Positions 1-11,923 of a DNA stretch of 64,000 nucleotides are shown here, piece after piece. The position numbers were made by a program, and so were the translations under genes. The DNA is from Cyanobacteria bacterium P01_D01_bin.156 (GTDB lineage: Bacteria; Cyanobacteriota; Cyanobacteriia; Phormidesmidales; Phormidesmidaceae). The stretch lies in contig JBCCQQ010000015.1 of NCBI GenBank assembly GCA_039024555.1, forward strand, positions 1-64,000. Direction: 5' to 3'. Position 1 is the stretch's first letter. Every line of letters begins with the position of its first letter. The notes under the pieces were generated by a model. That model saw only the letters and a list, made by a program, of their open reading frames with translations. It did not search any database and was not told the origin of the DNA.

Positions 1-79
1 CCTCCGGGGTAGCGCAGTCTTCCAGCAGTTCGTCTAGTAAGTCATCAACGCGGTTCGGTTCTTTTTTCTTGCGGGCCAT
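1..79 (-). CDS. IS256-family transposase, N-terminus (partial, not in ORF track)
   Basis: Translates MARKKKEPNRVDDLLDELLEDCATPE..., typical of the N-terminus of IS256 (mutator) transposases. Confidence 0.8.
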   Translation of the reverse strand, partial: MARKKKEPNRVDDLLDELLEDCATPE

Positions 80-139
80 GGGGCGATCTCCTGATGTACA
101 TGGATGATAGATCGCTTACACAAAATTCTGTACAGTCCC
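1..139 (-). mobile_element. Left end of an IS256-family insertion sequence (continues beyond window start)
   Basis: Minus strand starts GGGACTGTACAGAATTTTGTGTAAG at 139, an IS256-like terminal inverted repeat. It is followed by an AGGAG RBS (88-92) and a transposase start. Confidence 0.8.
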
Positions 140-214
140 TGAAAGGCTTTGATCACATTGTTATCAAGAGTCTCTACACTTTGTCTAATTTCGGCACAGA
201 GTGTTTTCTTACAT

Positions 215-604
215 TCACTCTGCTACCGGACTCCCATGATGATGCACCAAATACCACTTCCCACCCATACACTCAAACACATTCGTCGCCATCGACTTCG
301 CCTCTAACCGACGACTCCCCGCCACCTGCATCACCTTCTCCACCAAAACAACATACGCCAACTCCCCAGACACATCCACAGACACCACATCCAGATCAAT
401 CTCCAAATAACGCGTCGCCTTAAAAATCTGCACCCACGACTGCCGAATCGCCTCCCACCCCTTCAGCGCCTTCCGCCCCGGATGAATACACAGGCCACCA
501 ATGCCCTTAGAACACACCGCCTCCATCGCCTCAATATCCTTCTTCTCAAAGGCACGATAAAACAACCGATTCGCCTCTAAGACAGCATCTTGCGCGTTTG
601 ACAT
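215..604 (-). CDS. SnoaL-like / NTF2-family protein
   Basis: VLEANRLFYRAFEKKDIEAM...CIHPG...GWEAIRQSW...ATNVF...WYLVHHHGS pattern; ATG at 604 is more plausible than the ORF-track start at 697. Confidence 0.85.
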   Translation of the reverse strand: MSNAQDAVLEANRLFYRAFEKKDIEAMEAVCSKGIGGLCIHPGRKALKGWEAIRQSWVQIFKATRYLEIDLDVVSVDVSGELAYVVLVEKVMQVAGSRRLEAKSMATNVFECMGGKWYLVHHHGSPVAE

Positions 605-734
605 ACAGGCCCATAAATCACAGCACCTGGATTCTATACGATCCCGTGAGTATTGCTGTGCTGATATTTGCGGTATGGACTGCTGAGAGTTGCACATGAA
701 AATAAAATTCCAAACAGGATTCTGTTAAGCAATT

Positions 735-836
735 TCCTCCCCTTATCAAGGGGAGGTGCCGTAGGCGGAGGGGTCTTCGGTTGTTATTGCAAGTGATCCA
801 TCCCCCTCCCTGACGGTTCCCCTTGGTAAGGGCAAC
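735..836. repeat. Cyanobacterial short dispersed palindromic repeat cluster (CCCCTT..AAGGGG type)
   Basis: TTCCTCCCCTTATCAAGGGGAGG and CCCCTTGGTAAGGG hairpins; similar motifs occur at about 5310-5385 and 11255-11272. Confidence 0.6.
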
Positions 837-903
837 CAGGTATCGCCAAGCTCTACAGCGGTATCTTATTTTCGTGTATGCGCCTGAGAGAAATGAAGAC
901 AAC

Positions 904-937
904 AAAAAGTCCCTAAACTTTTCAATTTAGGGACTTT
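904..937 (-). terminator. Rho-independent terminator downstream of chlN
   Basis: AAAGTCCCTAAA / TTTAGGGACTTT stem followed by a U-run on the minus strand. Confidence 0.7.
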
Positions 938-1065
938 CATGCTTTCAAAGGTATTTTGGAACAAGAAGCTATGGGTTGTTTAGGCCCCCAAGCCCCCAAT
1001 TCTGTGGGATTTGAATTAGGCTTTCCCAATAGTGGAAAGAGATAACCTAAACCATCAACACTTTT

Positions 1066-2508
<1,443 letters not shown>

Positions 2509-2619
2509 TTAGAACAGTGTGGGTCTGGGCCAAAAGAGGCGACTAATGCTATGGGGCAAAACCTCTTTTAGCCATTGTTCGTCCGAGCAATCATCCAATA
2601 AGTTGTCTCTGTTTCTTGC

Positions 2620-2988
2620 CTAGAGTCCTTCTAGCCCCTCTAGCCCCTCCAGCAAGGGAGTATTATCTTCACCGGGTGATGCATCCAGTGTGGGACCTAC
2701 GTCACCGCCACCATCCAACGCCATCTCAGGGTCAAAGTTTAACCCCAGTACCTCCACCAGTGCATCCTCATCGGAGTTGAGCTTATAGAACGGCACCATC
2801 AAATTCGATAGCTTAGGCTCTATGGCATTAATCACCCCGAGAATCAACAACGATGAAGGACGTCGGCCACCGTCAGGGGTACGCACCGACACATTGTTCA
2901 TCTGTAACTCTAACCAAGCGCGATTATCTTGCACATAGTTCAGCCACTTTTCACGGATAGAGGTGGTGAAATTCTCAAAAAAGGCCAT
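2620..2988 (-). CDS. DUF5331-like conserved cyanobacterial protein between chlL and chlN
   Basis: KWLNY...TPDGGRRPSS..ILG..LGLNFDPE signature and conserved position in the chlL-chlN operon. Confidence 0.8.
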   Translation of the reverse strand: MAFFENFTTSIREKWLNYVQDNRAWLELQMNNVSVRTPDGGRRPSSLLILGVINAIEPKLSNLMVPFYKLNSDEDALVEVLGLNFDPEMALDGGGDVGPTLDASPGEDNTPLLEGLEGLEGL

Positions 2989-3140
2989 ATCTAGAGACGG
3001 TATCTAAAAATGAATTGGCACGCAGCAATGTAGCACCTCCGCGTCAGAATGGCCAGTCCTTTGAGAAAATCAACGGTTAGAAACAGTTAGCAACTTATCA
3101 AATTGCCCAGAAATTCTGGGTTATAGCTAAACCCGCAAAC

Positions 3141-4004
3141 CTAAACCATCATTAAATCCAGCTCATTTTCAGTTTTAGGCGCATCCTCCGGCGGATTGAG
3201 ATAGAAGTCCGATAGCAAAGCAAACAGCTCGCGATCCACAACATCCTTAGGCACCACCCCTTCCGGCTGAGCAATCAGCTGATCGGCAATATTCAGATAG
3301 TACTGACACACGGGCTCCAAGGACGGATCTGTCTCGGCCATCTCAAACATGGTCTTACCCTTCACCCGCGATACGCGAATGTCTTCAATTAGGGGCAAAA
3401 TCTCCAGCACTGGCATGGGGACCGCTTCTATATATTTGTCGATCAAATCTCGTTTAGAGGTGCGGTTACCGATTAATCCCGCTAGACGTAGGGGGTGGGT
3501 GCGGGCTTTCTCTCGTACCGAAGCTGCGATGCGATTAGCGGCAAACAGGGCATCAAAACCATTGTCTGTGACGATCATGCAGTAGTCCGAGTAGTTTAGG
3601 GGGGCGGCAAACCCACCACACACCACATCACCCAGGACATCAAACAAGATCACATCGTACTCATCAAAGGCATTGAGCTCCTTGAGCAGCTTGACGGTTT
3701 CACCAACAACATAGCCGCCACAGCCTGCCCCCGCTGGAGGACCACCAGCTTCAACACAGCTGACACCGCCATAGCCTTGATAAATCACATCCTCGGGCCA
3801 GATATCTTCGTAGTGATAGTCCCGCTCCTGGAGGGTGTCAATGATGGTGGGAATGAGAAAGCCCGTCAGGGTAAAGGTGCTGTCATGCTTGGGGTCACAA
3901 CCAATTTGCAACACTTTCTTACCACGTTTGGCCAGAGCAACGGAAATATTGCAGCTGGTGGTGGACTTACCAATACCGCCTTTTCCATAGACCGAGAGTT
4001 TCAC
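3141..4004 (-). CDS. chlL: Light-independent protochlorophyllide reductase iron-sulfur ATP-binding subunit L
   Basis: [11 protein letters not shown]-loop, [15 protein letters not shown] and [11 protein letters not shown] motifs; GTG start with AAAGGAG RBS. Confidence 0.98.
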   Translation of the reverse strand: MKLSVYGKGGIGKSTTSCNISVALAKRGKKVLQIGCDPKHDSTFTLTGFLIPTIIDTLQERDYHYEDIWPEDVIYQGYGGVSCVEAGGPPAGAGCGGYVVGETVKLLKELNAFDEYDVILFDVLGDVVCGGFAAPLNYSDYCMIVTDNGFDALFAANRIAASVREKARTHPLRLAGLIGNRTSKRDLIDKYIEAVPMPVLEILPLIEDIRVSRVKGKTMFEMAETDPSLEPVCQYYLNIADQLIAQPEGVVPKDVVDRELFALLSDFYLNPPEDAPKTENELDLMMV

Positions 4005-4731
4005 GCTCGTTGCCTCCTTTTGGTGGGTGGTCTCAAGGACCGAATCTGTGGGCCATTGTGGACAATAAACTGGCCTTTGGATAGGGATACGAAAAATAAC
4101 GTTACTCGAAAAATTAAATGAGACAGATTAAAAGGGCTTCATTTACCTTCAATCCCAGCTTAAATCCTAAATAATTCGATAACTAGTATTTAAATCAATT
4201 TGCTGTACCAACTAGATAAAAGTCAGAACAAAAAGCAAATACTCCCATACGCTAAAAAGCCTTTCAAAATAAGCGTTTTAAGTTATTGCCACCACTACCT
4301 AGCCCGGTTGGCTAATTGCGTTCAGGTCAGGTCACCCTGCGTCATTCGCAAAGACGCTGATTGTTTCACTAAATGCAGTTTAATATCTGACAGAGCTATC
4401 TGCTTAGCCCTCCTCCCCTAGCCAATCCCCCGTGGGGTTTCAAGCATTTCTGACAGCCAGAGGGATGAGCGATCGCACCCCCATTAATCAGAACAACAAC
4501 ACTACTGACTCCCCGTTAAACATTCAGAAAATCAGATAGTCCGAACTCAGGCTTTTGTTAAGAATGTTTTACTTGGGAGAATATAAAACAAAATACTAAG
4601 ACTTTGTTGCTGATATTAAAGTTTTAATCGCACATCTTTATGTAGAAGGCCGCAATCGGCTCGAACCGTACAAATCAGCCATCAACATATATTTGCAGTA
4701 ATCTAGGAGCAGACTATACGGAGGGTTCGAT

Positions 4732-5160
4732 ATGAAGCCATGGCTATTAGGTACAGTCCTGCTTATGTTGAGCGCTATGCCAGTTCAGGCCAGCTCCAGT
4801 CAGCTGACGGTAGATATTAGTGGTGTTAAGGAACCTGAAGGGCAGGTATGTCTCAATCTGTTTGATCGCAGTGCTGGGTTCCCCAGTAAGCGAGAAGAAG
4901 CCCTACAATCCGTCTGTCTTGCCGCCACAGAAACCATCGCTACATTTACAGACTTGTCCCAGGGCAGCTACGCAGTCTCTGTATTTCACGATGCCAACAG
5001 CGATAATGAATTTAATCGCAACTTTGTTGGTATGCCCACTGAGGGTTTCGGGTTTTCCCGTAATCCTGATGCCCTGACAGGCCCACCCGACTTTGGTGAA
5101 GCCGTCTTTTTAGTGGCCGGTACCGAAACCCGCATTGAAATTGAGCTGCGCTATTTTTGA
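4732..5160 (+). CDS. DUF2141 family secreted protein
   Basis: Signal peptide plus G.YAVSVFHD.N...G.P.EGFGFS.N motif; GGAGG RBS. Confidence 0.9.
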   Translation: MKPWLLGTVLLMLSAMPVQASSSQLTVDISGVKEPEGQVCLNLFDRSAGFPSKREEALQSVCLAATETIATFTDLSQGSYAVSVFHDANSDNEFNRNFVGMPTEGFGFSRNPDALTGPPDFGEAVFLVAGTETRIEIELRYF

Positions 5161-5265
5161 AGGACACCTTTTAGGATTCTGCACGAGGAAAGAATCGTTA
5201 ATGTGCCTTCCAGAGTATTAAACCAATTTAAAACAGACCACCAACTCTCAAAGAGGTCCCTTAAG

Positions 5266-5431
5266 CTACGGTGTATAAACATCTCGGTCCAATGCTCAAA
5301 GTTCTGCATTATCCCCCTTAATCCCTCCTTCGTAAGGGGGGAAGTGTCCGGTCTCCACCTTACGAAGGGGGAGTTAGAGGGGGTTAGACGACCGAAAGTG
5401 CTAGCTTTTAGGACTTGTGTATACACGGTAG
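5266..5431. mobile_element. MITE, Nezha-like (166 bp)
   Basis: Terminal inverted repeats CTACGGTGTATAAACA / TGTGTATACACGGTAG (14/16 match); flanks GTCCCTTAAG / ACCCCTTAAG resemble a ~10-bp target duplication; internal CCCC/GGGG hairpins. Confidence 0.65.
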
Positions 5432-5517
5432 ACCCCTTAAGGGATTAAATAATTTAGCCGACAGGCGAAGGATCTCTTTAGTGGATGCTAAATTGAGCTA
5501 CAAACATTTAAGAAACA

Positions 5518-5608
5518 GGCGTTGCTGATGCTCGGGATGATTTTATATGTCAAGTCTAGGTAACTGGTAAGTTCTAAAAATCGTTTCACCTCCTAAATCA
5601 GCAACGAC
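5518..5608. repeat. ~91-bp MITE-like element with GGCGTTGCTGA...TCAGCAACG termini (copy 1)
   Basis: Terminal inverted repeat; aligns by eye along its full length with 37871-37962. Confidence 0.7.
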
Positions 5609-5643
5609 AAAAACTAAGGGTCGCTCATCTTCTGTTCACCGCT

Positions 5644-8600
5644 ATGCAGATTCTTCACGGTACCTGGATCCCTGAACCTGACGCTGACTTTATGCAAGCA
5701 GGACAGTTTTACCTGTGGATAGAGACGATTGATAAGCAGCCAGACCTTGAAGAACAAGGCCGCTATCCCATGCAGCTAGAAGGGGATCATCTGGCTGATT
5801 TTCTAACCAACGAGTTCAACCTCCGATCCCCAGAAAATACATCCCTGGAAAGTTGGATAGAACCCTGCTATTTTCTATTACCTACCGTTGACGATCGCCC
5901 CCTGCCCTCCCTGGAACTATCGCGCTATCTGGAGATAGAGCTGCCGGACACCTTTGAATTTGAATATTGGGAAGTGGACTGCTGCCCCGTTGCCTGCGCC
6001 GCTACCACAAAAATCAAAGGAAATGCCAACTCTCTTGTTCCGTTACTTAATGAACTCCATTTCCTAACAGTGCACAATTTGAGTGAGCTCCAGTTGGGGA
6101 ATGATTTACTCTTTTGGTTTCATTTCACCCAAGCATTGAAACGGGTGATGCTCAAGGACCACTATATTCCTACGCTCAAGTATCGTGCCCTGGAGCCTCG
6201 GCAAAAAGCTAAGAAAAAATCATCCGCCGCTCCCTTTGAAATTTATTCAGGCTGGGAATTTATTGGAGAGGAATATGACACTCTCTTGAAGGAGTATGTG
6301 GCCTATATGCCACTGATGTGTGCTGCAGGGTTTGCCGACCCCTGTGAAGATCCTCAGCTGTACGACCGGCTATCGCTGTTGCGTCATTTTTCCGAATGTT
6401 TGCTAACCGAAGTGGTTACCCATACCCAGCTTACAAAGGGGTTTGAGAAGACCATTGAGGGCTCTATTTTAGCCCATTGTTTAAATTTACATATCTCGCC
6501 CCAGTCCCACGGGCTAGAGCAGTATCAACAATGGCAAACCTGGCGCGATCGCATCGTCCGCACCCAAACCCAACAGCCTTTCTACTTATACTTTCATCTG
6601 CAGGACCCGCTTCAGCCAGAAGAACCTTGGCAGCTAGAATTTGAGGTTGCTCCCAAAGAGGATCCGTCCCTAAAGCTGTCCCTAGACGATTACTGGCGCA
6701 TGGGTGCCAACCAACAAAAACAAGCAAAAAAACAATTAGGAGAAGACTTTGAACAAAACCTGTTGCTAAACTTGGGCTATGCGTCTCGTATCTATCCGGC
6801 ATTGTGGCAAGGGTTAGAAACAGATCAGCCCGTGGGAATCGAGCTAGATTTAGACGCTGCCTTCAGCTTTCTCAAAGAGTCTGCCTGGATTTTGGAAAAT
6901 GCAGGGTACAAAGTTGTGGTTCCAGCCTGGTGGACACCCCAGGGACGTCAGCGGGCTAAGGTGCGTCTCAAAGCTAGAGGGAAATCACCAGCGGATGGAA
7001 AAGATAAGTCCAAGAGCTATTTCTCATTGGAGCGCCTGGTGGAATATCAGTATGAGTTGGCCATCGGCGATGAGAACGTCAGTGAACAAGAGTGGCACCA
7101 GCTGGTGAATGCGAAAACGCCCCTGGTACAGTTTCGGGGGCAGTGGATCGAACTAGACCAGGACAAGATGCAGCAGATGCTGGAATTTTGGAAAACCCAC
7201 CAGCAGGAAAATCCGGAACTGTCGCTATTGGACTTTATGAAGCTGACGGCCAAGGAGAATGATGGCGAGCTGGAAGTGGAGTGCGATCGCAAAGACATTC
7301 TCGCCGATATGCTCAACAAACTGGGTGATAAGACAAAGCTCCAGCCCGTGGACAATCCTGACAGCTTTGAAGGACAGCTACGGGAGTATCAAAAGCGGGG
7401 CGTCTCCTGGCTGCAATATTTAGAAGAGCTAGGGCTCAATGGCTGTCTGGCCGATGACATGGGTCTTGGTAAAACCGTCCAGGTGATTGCCCGGCTGGTG
7501 CAGGAGAGGGAGCCTGAGAAATCAAGAAAAGGCCGCAAAAAATCTAAAACAGAATCTATTCAGCTGCCTCCCACCCTGCTGATTGCCCCCACTTCTGTTG
7601 TTGGTAATTGGCAACGAGAGATTCAAAAGTTTGCCCCCGAAATCAAGGCCGCTGTTCACCATGGGGCCGAGCGGGCCAAGGATGCTAAAACCTTCAAACA
7701 GGGATGTCGCGATCATGACATCATCATCACCTCATTTGCCCTAGCCCGCAGAGATGCCAAACTATTTAATGCCATTGAGTGGCACCGTATTGTGCTGGAC
7801 GAAGCGCAGAATATCAAGAACCCCAAAGCCGCCCTCACCAAGGCCATTTACAAATTCTCTGCCCACCACCGTCTGGCCCTCACGGGTACACCCATTGAAA
7901 ATCGACTGTTGGATCTATGGTCTATTTTTCACTTTTTGAATCCTGGATATTTGGGTAATCAAACCCAGTTTCGTAAAAGCTTTGAGGTACCGATCCAAAA
8001 AAACAACAACCTCCGCCAGTCCGCCACCCTCAAAAGGCTAGTAGAACCCTTTATTTTAAGGCGGGTAAAAACAGACCAGTCGATCATCAAGGATCTGCCA
8101 GATAAGGTAGAACAAAAACTATTCTGCAACCTCACTAAGGAACAGGCCTCCCTTTATGAAGCGGTGGTCAAGGATGTAGAACAACGGCTGGAAGAGGCCG
8201 AAGGCATCCAGCGCAAAGGGCTGATTCTGGGGACGCTCACCAAACTCAAACAGGTGTGTAACCATCCCCGACAGTTTTTACAGGATGATAGCGACTTTAC
8301 GGCGGTGCGATCGCACAAGCTAACCCGCCTCACCGAAATGATTGAAGAAGCCAGGGCCGAGCGCGATAGCCTGCTAGTCTTTACCCAATTCACCGAACTG
8401 GGAGACGCCCTAGAAAAATACATTCGCCACACATTCCATTGCAACACCTATTATCTCCATGGGGGCACCTCTCGCAAAAAACGTGAGACCATGATCGCCG
8501 AATTCCAGGATCCAGAAACAGAGCCCTCTGTGTTTATCCTTTCTTTGAAAGCAGGCGGTGTCGGCATTACCCTAACCAAAGCCAACCATGTGTTTCATTT

Positions 8601-8853
8601 TGACCGCTGGTGGAATCCATCCGTGGAAGATCAGGCCACCGACCGTGCCTTTCGCATTGGCCAGAAAAAGAACGTGTTTGTCCATAAGTTTGTGGCTATC
8701 GGCACCCTAGAAGAACGCATTGACGAAATGATTGAAGACAAAAAGAAACTGGCAGGCTCCATTGTGGGTTCCGATGAATCTTGGCTAACGGAGCTGGATG
8801 ACAACGCCTTTAGACAGCTAATTTCATTAAATAAAACCGCAATCATGGAATAA
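5644..8853 (+). CDS. SNF2-family (DEAD/DEAH-box) helicase with DUF3670-like region
   Basis: LADDMGLGKT, DEAQNIKN, ALTGTPIEN, SLKAGGVG, DRWWNP and QATDRAFRIGQ motifs. Confidence 0.95.
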   Translation: MQILHGTWIPEPDADFMQAGQFYLWIETIDKQPDLEEQGRYPMQLEGDHLADFLTNEFNLRSPENTSLESWIEPCYFLLPTVDDRPLPSLELSRYLEIELPDTFEFEYWEVDCCPVACAATTKIKGNANSLVPLLNELHFLTVHNLSELQLGNDLLFWFHFTQALKRVMLKDHYIPTLKYRALEPRQKAKKKSSAAPFEIYSGWEFIGEEYDTLLKEYVAYMPLMCAAGFADPCEDPQLYDRLSLLRHFSECLLTEVVTHTQLTKGFEKTIEGSILAHCLNLHISPQSHGLEQYQQWQTWRDRIVRTQTQQPFYLYFHLQDPLQPEEPWQLEFEVAPKEDPSLKLSLDDYWRMGANQQKQAKKQLGEDFEQNLLLNLGYASRIYPALWQGLETDQPVGIELDLDAAFSFLKESAWILENAGYKVVVPAWWTPQGRQRAKVRLKARGKSPADGKDKSKSYFSLERLVEYQYELAIGDENVSEQEWHQLVNAKTPLVQFRGQWIELDQDKMQQMLEFWKTHQQENPELSLLDFMKLTAKENDGELEVECDRKDILADMLNKLGDKTKLQPVDNPDSFEGQLREYQKRGVSWLQYLEELGLNGCLADDMGLGKTVQVIARLVQEREPEKSRKGRKKSKTESIQLPPTLLIAPTSVVGNWQREIQKFAPEIKAAVHHGAERAKDAKTFKQGCRDHDIIITSFALARRDAKLFNAIEWHRIVLDEAQNIKNPKAALTKAIYKFSAHHRLALTGTPIENRLLDLWSIFHFLNPGYLGNQTQFRKSFEVPIQKNNNLRQSATLKRLVEPFILRRVKTDQSIIKDLPDKVEQKLFCNLTKEQASLYEAVVKDVEQRLEEAEGIQRKGLILGTLTKLKQVCNHPRQFLQDDSDFTAVRSHKLTRLTEMIEEARAERDSLLVFTQFTELGDALEKYIRHTFHCNTYYLHGGTSRKKRETMIAEFQDPETEPSVFILSLKAGGVGITLTKANHVFHFDRWWNPSVEDQATDRAFRIGQKKNVFVHKFVAIGTLEERIDEMIEDKKKLAGSIVGSDESWLTELDDNAFRQLISLNKTAIME

Positions 8854-8866
8854 AGGGAGCAATACC

Positions 8867-9700
8867 ATGGGCCAATTTAGTCGAAGCTGGTGGGGGCAAC
8901 AGTTTATCACCGCCATTGAGAAACTCACCGATTCGGGTCGCCTTAGCCGGGGGCGCTCCTATGCCCGAGGCAACAAAGTCAAAAGGTTTGACATTGATGG
9001 AAATCTGGTTACGGCCCAGGTTAGGGGGTCTGTCAATCCTTATTTTGGTGTCTATAAAGAACCGCTTTACCATACCACCATTGAATTTCAGCCCCTGAGT
9101 AAGGCCAAATGGTCAGCAGCCGTAGCCTTAATGGCATCCAAAGCCAGCATTATTTCTCGATTGTTGCTCAACGAAATTCCAGACGATATCGAAGACACCT
9201 TTGCACAGTTAAACCTGAATCTATTGCCGGGTAGCCGTAAAGACTTTAAAGCTAGCTGTTCCTGCCCGGACTGGAGCAACCCCTGTAAGCATATTGCCGG
9301 GGTATACTATTTAGTAGCCGCAGAGCTCGATCAAGATCCGTTTTTGTTGTTCGAACTGCGGGGTTTATCGCGGCAGGACCTATTAAACGAACTGGCAAAG
9401 TCTCCATTAGGGCAGGCTTTATCAGCAGAGCTACAGTTAGGGCAGGCGGAACCACAGTTAACTGATGCCTACTACCCACCCCTAGAAACACGAGACGTGC
9501 CTGCAAAAACAGAGCTGCGTGAGTTTTGGCATGGCACAAAGCGATTACCCCAAACGATGGAGGCTCTACCAGAGAATCCGGTATCAGCGATTCCCATCAA
9601 AAAACAGGGGGATTTTCCGGCCTTTTGGCATCGGGATAATTCATTTATTACCGCCATGGAGACCCTGTATGAACAAGTTAAAACTAGGGGACAGTTATAG
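8867..9700 (+). CDS. SWIM zinc-finger protein
   Basis: GRLSRGRSYAR and CSCPDWSNPCKH (CxC..CxH) motifs; 13 bp downstream of SNF2. Confidence 0.93.
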   Translation: MGQFSRSWWGQQFITAIEKLTDSGRLSRGRSYARGNKVKRFDIDGNLVTAQVRGSVNPYFGVYKEPLYHTTIEFQPLSKAKWSAAVALMASKASIISRLLLNEIPDDIEDTFAQLNLNLLPGSRKDFKASCSCPDWSNPCKHIAGVYYLVAAELDQDPFLLFELRGLSRQDLLNELAKSPLGQALSAELQLGQAEPQLTDAYYPPLETRDVPAKTELREFWHGTKRLPQTMEALPENPVSAIPIKKQGDFPAFWHRDNSFITAMETLYEQVKTRGQL

Positions 9701-9715
9701 AAACTGAGCAAACCT

Positions 9716-11179
9716 CTAAAACTGTCGGGACCATTCTTTGGGCCAGCGCTCGACAACAACTTTAGTTTGGGTAAAGAACTCCACCGCATGGTGGCTCTGC
9801 CCGTGGAGATCGCCATAGAAACTCTCTTTCCAACCGCTAAAGGGGAAAAACGCCATGGGGGCAGCCACGCCAATATTGATGCCAATGTTGCCCGCTTCTG
9901 CTTCGTAGCGGAACTTGCGAGCTGCGGCACCTGAGCTGGTAAACAGACAAGCCATATTCCCCCAGCGGCTTTGGTTTACCAGGGAGATGGCGTCGTCCAG
10001 GGTTTCGGTATGGATCAGACCAAGCACGGGACCAAAGATTTCGGTGGTGGCAATTTCACCCTGGCTAGGAATATCCTGCAGTAGGGTGGGCCGGATAAAG
10101 TTGCCCTGGGGGTGTACATCCGGACGGCGACCATCCACCAGTAGCTTGCCGCCTTCGTCAATGCCGGTTTGGATCAGGGAGTGGATGCGATCGCAACTCC
10201 CCTGATTAATCACCGGTCCCATTTGCACATCGGTCTCCAGACCGTTGCCCACTACCCGTTGCTGGGCCGCCTCGGCGATGGCATCGGTAAAGTCCGCTTT
10301 TACTGTTCCCACCGTAATTGCCAGGGACGCCGCTAAGCATCGCTGTCCGGCACAGCCAAAGGCGCTGTCCGCCACAATTCGGGTAGTCATAGCTAAATCC
10401 GCATCGGGGAGAATCACCACCGGATTTTTGGCTCCACCCTGGCACTGCACTCGCTTACCCGTTTCCGCTGCCCGACTGTAGATATAGCGCGCCACCGGGC
10501 TCGACCCCACAAAGCTAATGGCCTTGACGGTAGGATGGTCCAGCAGCGCATCCACCACCGTTTTGCTGCCATGGACCAGGTTCACCACCCCTGCCGGTAG
10601 CCCCGTTTGTTCAATCAGGGCCATAATCTGTTGCATGGTCTGGGGCACCTTCTCCGATGGTTTGATGATGCAGGTATTGCCACAGGCAATGGCATAGGGA
10701 AAAAACCAGAAGGGAATCATCGCCGGAAAGTTAAACGGAGCGATAATGCCCACCACCCCAAGGGGCTGACGAATCATCATTTCATCAATGCCCCGGGCAA
10801 TATCTTCAGAATTTTGCCCCTGCATCATGGAGGGAATCCCGCAGGCTACTTCCACATTTTCAATGGCCCGCTGCAGTTCTCCCTGGGATTCTTTTAGGGT
10901 TTTGCCACATTCTTCTGTAATGGTTTTGGCTAGCTCATCTCGATGCTCTTCCAAAAGCGTTTTGAGCTTAAACAAATATTGGATACGCCCAGTGGCCGGA
11001 ATCCGTCGCCAGGATGTAAAGGCTTCTTTGGCTGCAGTCACCGCTTGGTCTAGATCGCTGGCTAGGGAGAGGGGTACCTCCGTTAGAATGTCGCCTGTCG
11101 CCGGGTTGATAACGTCGAGATAGTCGGTTGTTTTAGAGGGGCACCAGGCACCAGCAATGTGATTTTGAAGTTGTTGCAT
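9716..11179 (-). CDS. mmsA: CoA-acylating (methyl)malonate-semialdehyde dehydrogenase
   Basis: [34 protein letters not shown] (catalytic Cys) and EIFGPV motifs. Confidence 0.92.
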   Translation of the reverse strand: MQQLQNHIAGAWCPSKTTDYLDVINPATGDILTEVPLSLASDLDQAVTAAKEAFTSWRRIPATGRIQYLFKLKTLLEEHRDELAKTITEECGKTLKESQGELQRAIENVEVACGIPSMMQGQNSEDIARGIDEMMIRQPLGVVGIIAPFNFPAMIPFWFFPYAIACGNTCIIKPSEKVPQTMQQIMALIEQTGLPAGVVNLVHGSKTVVDALLDHPTVKAISFVGSSPVARYIYSRAAETGKRVQCQGGAKNPVVILPDADLAMTTRIVADSAFGCAGQRCLAASLAITVGTVKADFTDAIAEAAQQRVVGNGLETDVQMGPVINQGSCDRIHSLIQTGIDEGGKLLVDGRRPDVHPQGNFIRPTLLQDIPSQGEIATTEIFGPVLGLIHTETLDDAISLVNQSRWGNMACLFTSSGAAARKFRYEAEAGNIGINIGVAAPMAFFPFSGWKESFYGDLHGQSHHAVEFFTQTKVVVERWPKEWSRQF

Positions 11180-11277
11180 AATGGTTAAATTCTAGAAACG
11201 GCAGGTTAAATAACAAATTAAGTGCAGAGCACTAAAAACTTAAACCAACAACTCTCCCCTCCAGGGAGGGGCTTCTC

Positions 11278-11910
11278 TTACTGAGTCCCAAACATCCGAT
11301 CACCGGCATCCCCTAGACCAGGCAAAATATAGCCATGGTCGTCCAGCTTGTCGTCAATGGCAGCGGTAAAAATAGGAACATCCGGATGTTCTGCATGAAA
11401 GCTTTCGATGCCTTCTGGAGCAGCTAAAAGACAGACAAATCGAATGGACTGGGGTCGAGTCTCTTTGAGGCGGTGGACGGCTGCGATCGCAGTATTTCCC
11501 GTGGCAATCATCGGGTCCACAATCAGCATGTCTCGCTCGTTGACATCCTTTGGCACCTTAAAGTAATACTCCACCGGCATTAGCATACGCGGATCGCGGT
11601 AGAGGCCAATGTGGCCCACCCGCGCCGACGGAATGAGCTTGAGCATACCGTCCAAAATGCCTTGCCCCGCCCGCATAATCGAAATCAGTACCAGCTTTTT
11701 TCCCGTTAGCATGGGAGCCTCCATGGTGGCAAAGGGGGTTTCAATCGGCACCTTTTCCAGGGGTAGCTCTCGGGTGACCTCGTAGGCCAACAGCAGGCTA
11801 ATCTCTTCCAGCAGCTGTCGAAACTTGGCGGTACTGGTGTCCTTTTGCCGCATCAGCGTGAGTTTATGCTGAATCAGGGGATGGGCAATTTGGGTAACTT
11901 GGTTGTTCAT
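11278..11910 (-). CDS. upp: Uracil phosphoribosyltransferase
   Basis: [21 protein letters not shown]-binding motif and [12 protein letters not shown]; likely ATG at 11910. Confidence 0.96.
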   Translation of the reverse strand: MNNQVTQIAHPLIQHKLTLMRQKDTSTAKFRQLLEEISLLLAYEVTRELPLEKVPIETPFATMEAPMLTGKKLVLISIMRAGQGILDGMLKLIPSARVGHIGLYRDPRMLMPVEYYFKVPKDVNERDMLIVDPMIATGNTAIAAVHRLKETRPQSIRFVCLLAAPEGIESFHAEHPDVPIFTAAIDDKLDDHGYILPGLGDAGDRMFGTQ

Positions 11911-11923
11911 TCTCTTCAATTTT

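Noticed and set aside
94..423. 109-aa Pro/Thr/Ser-rich plus-strand ORF
   Set aside because: It spans the IS256 end and the antisense strand of the SnoaL-like gene; low-complexity shadow.
618..905. 95-aa ORF
   Set aside because: It runs through palindromic repeat DNA and has no recognisable motif.
5151..5448. Two overlapping ORFs (91 and 81 aa)
   Set aside because: They coincide with the MITE at 5266-5431.
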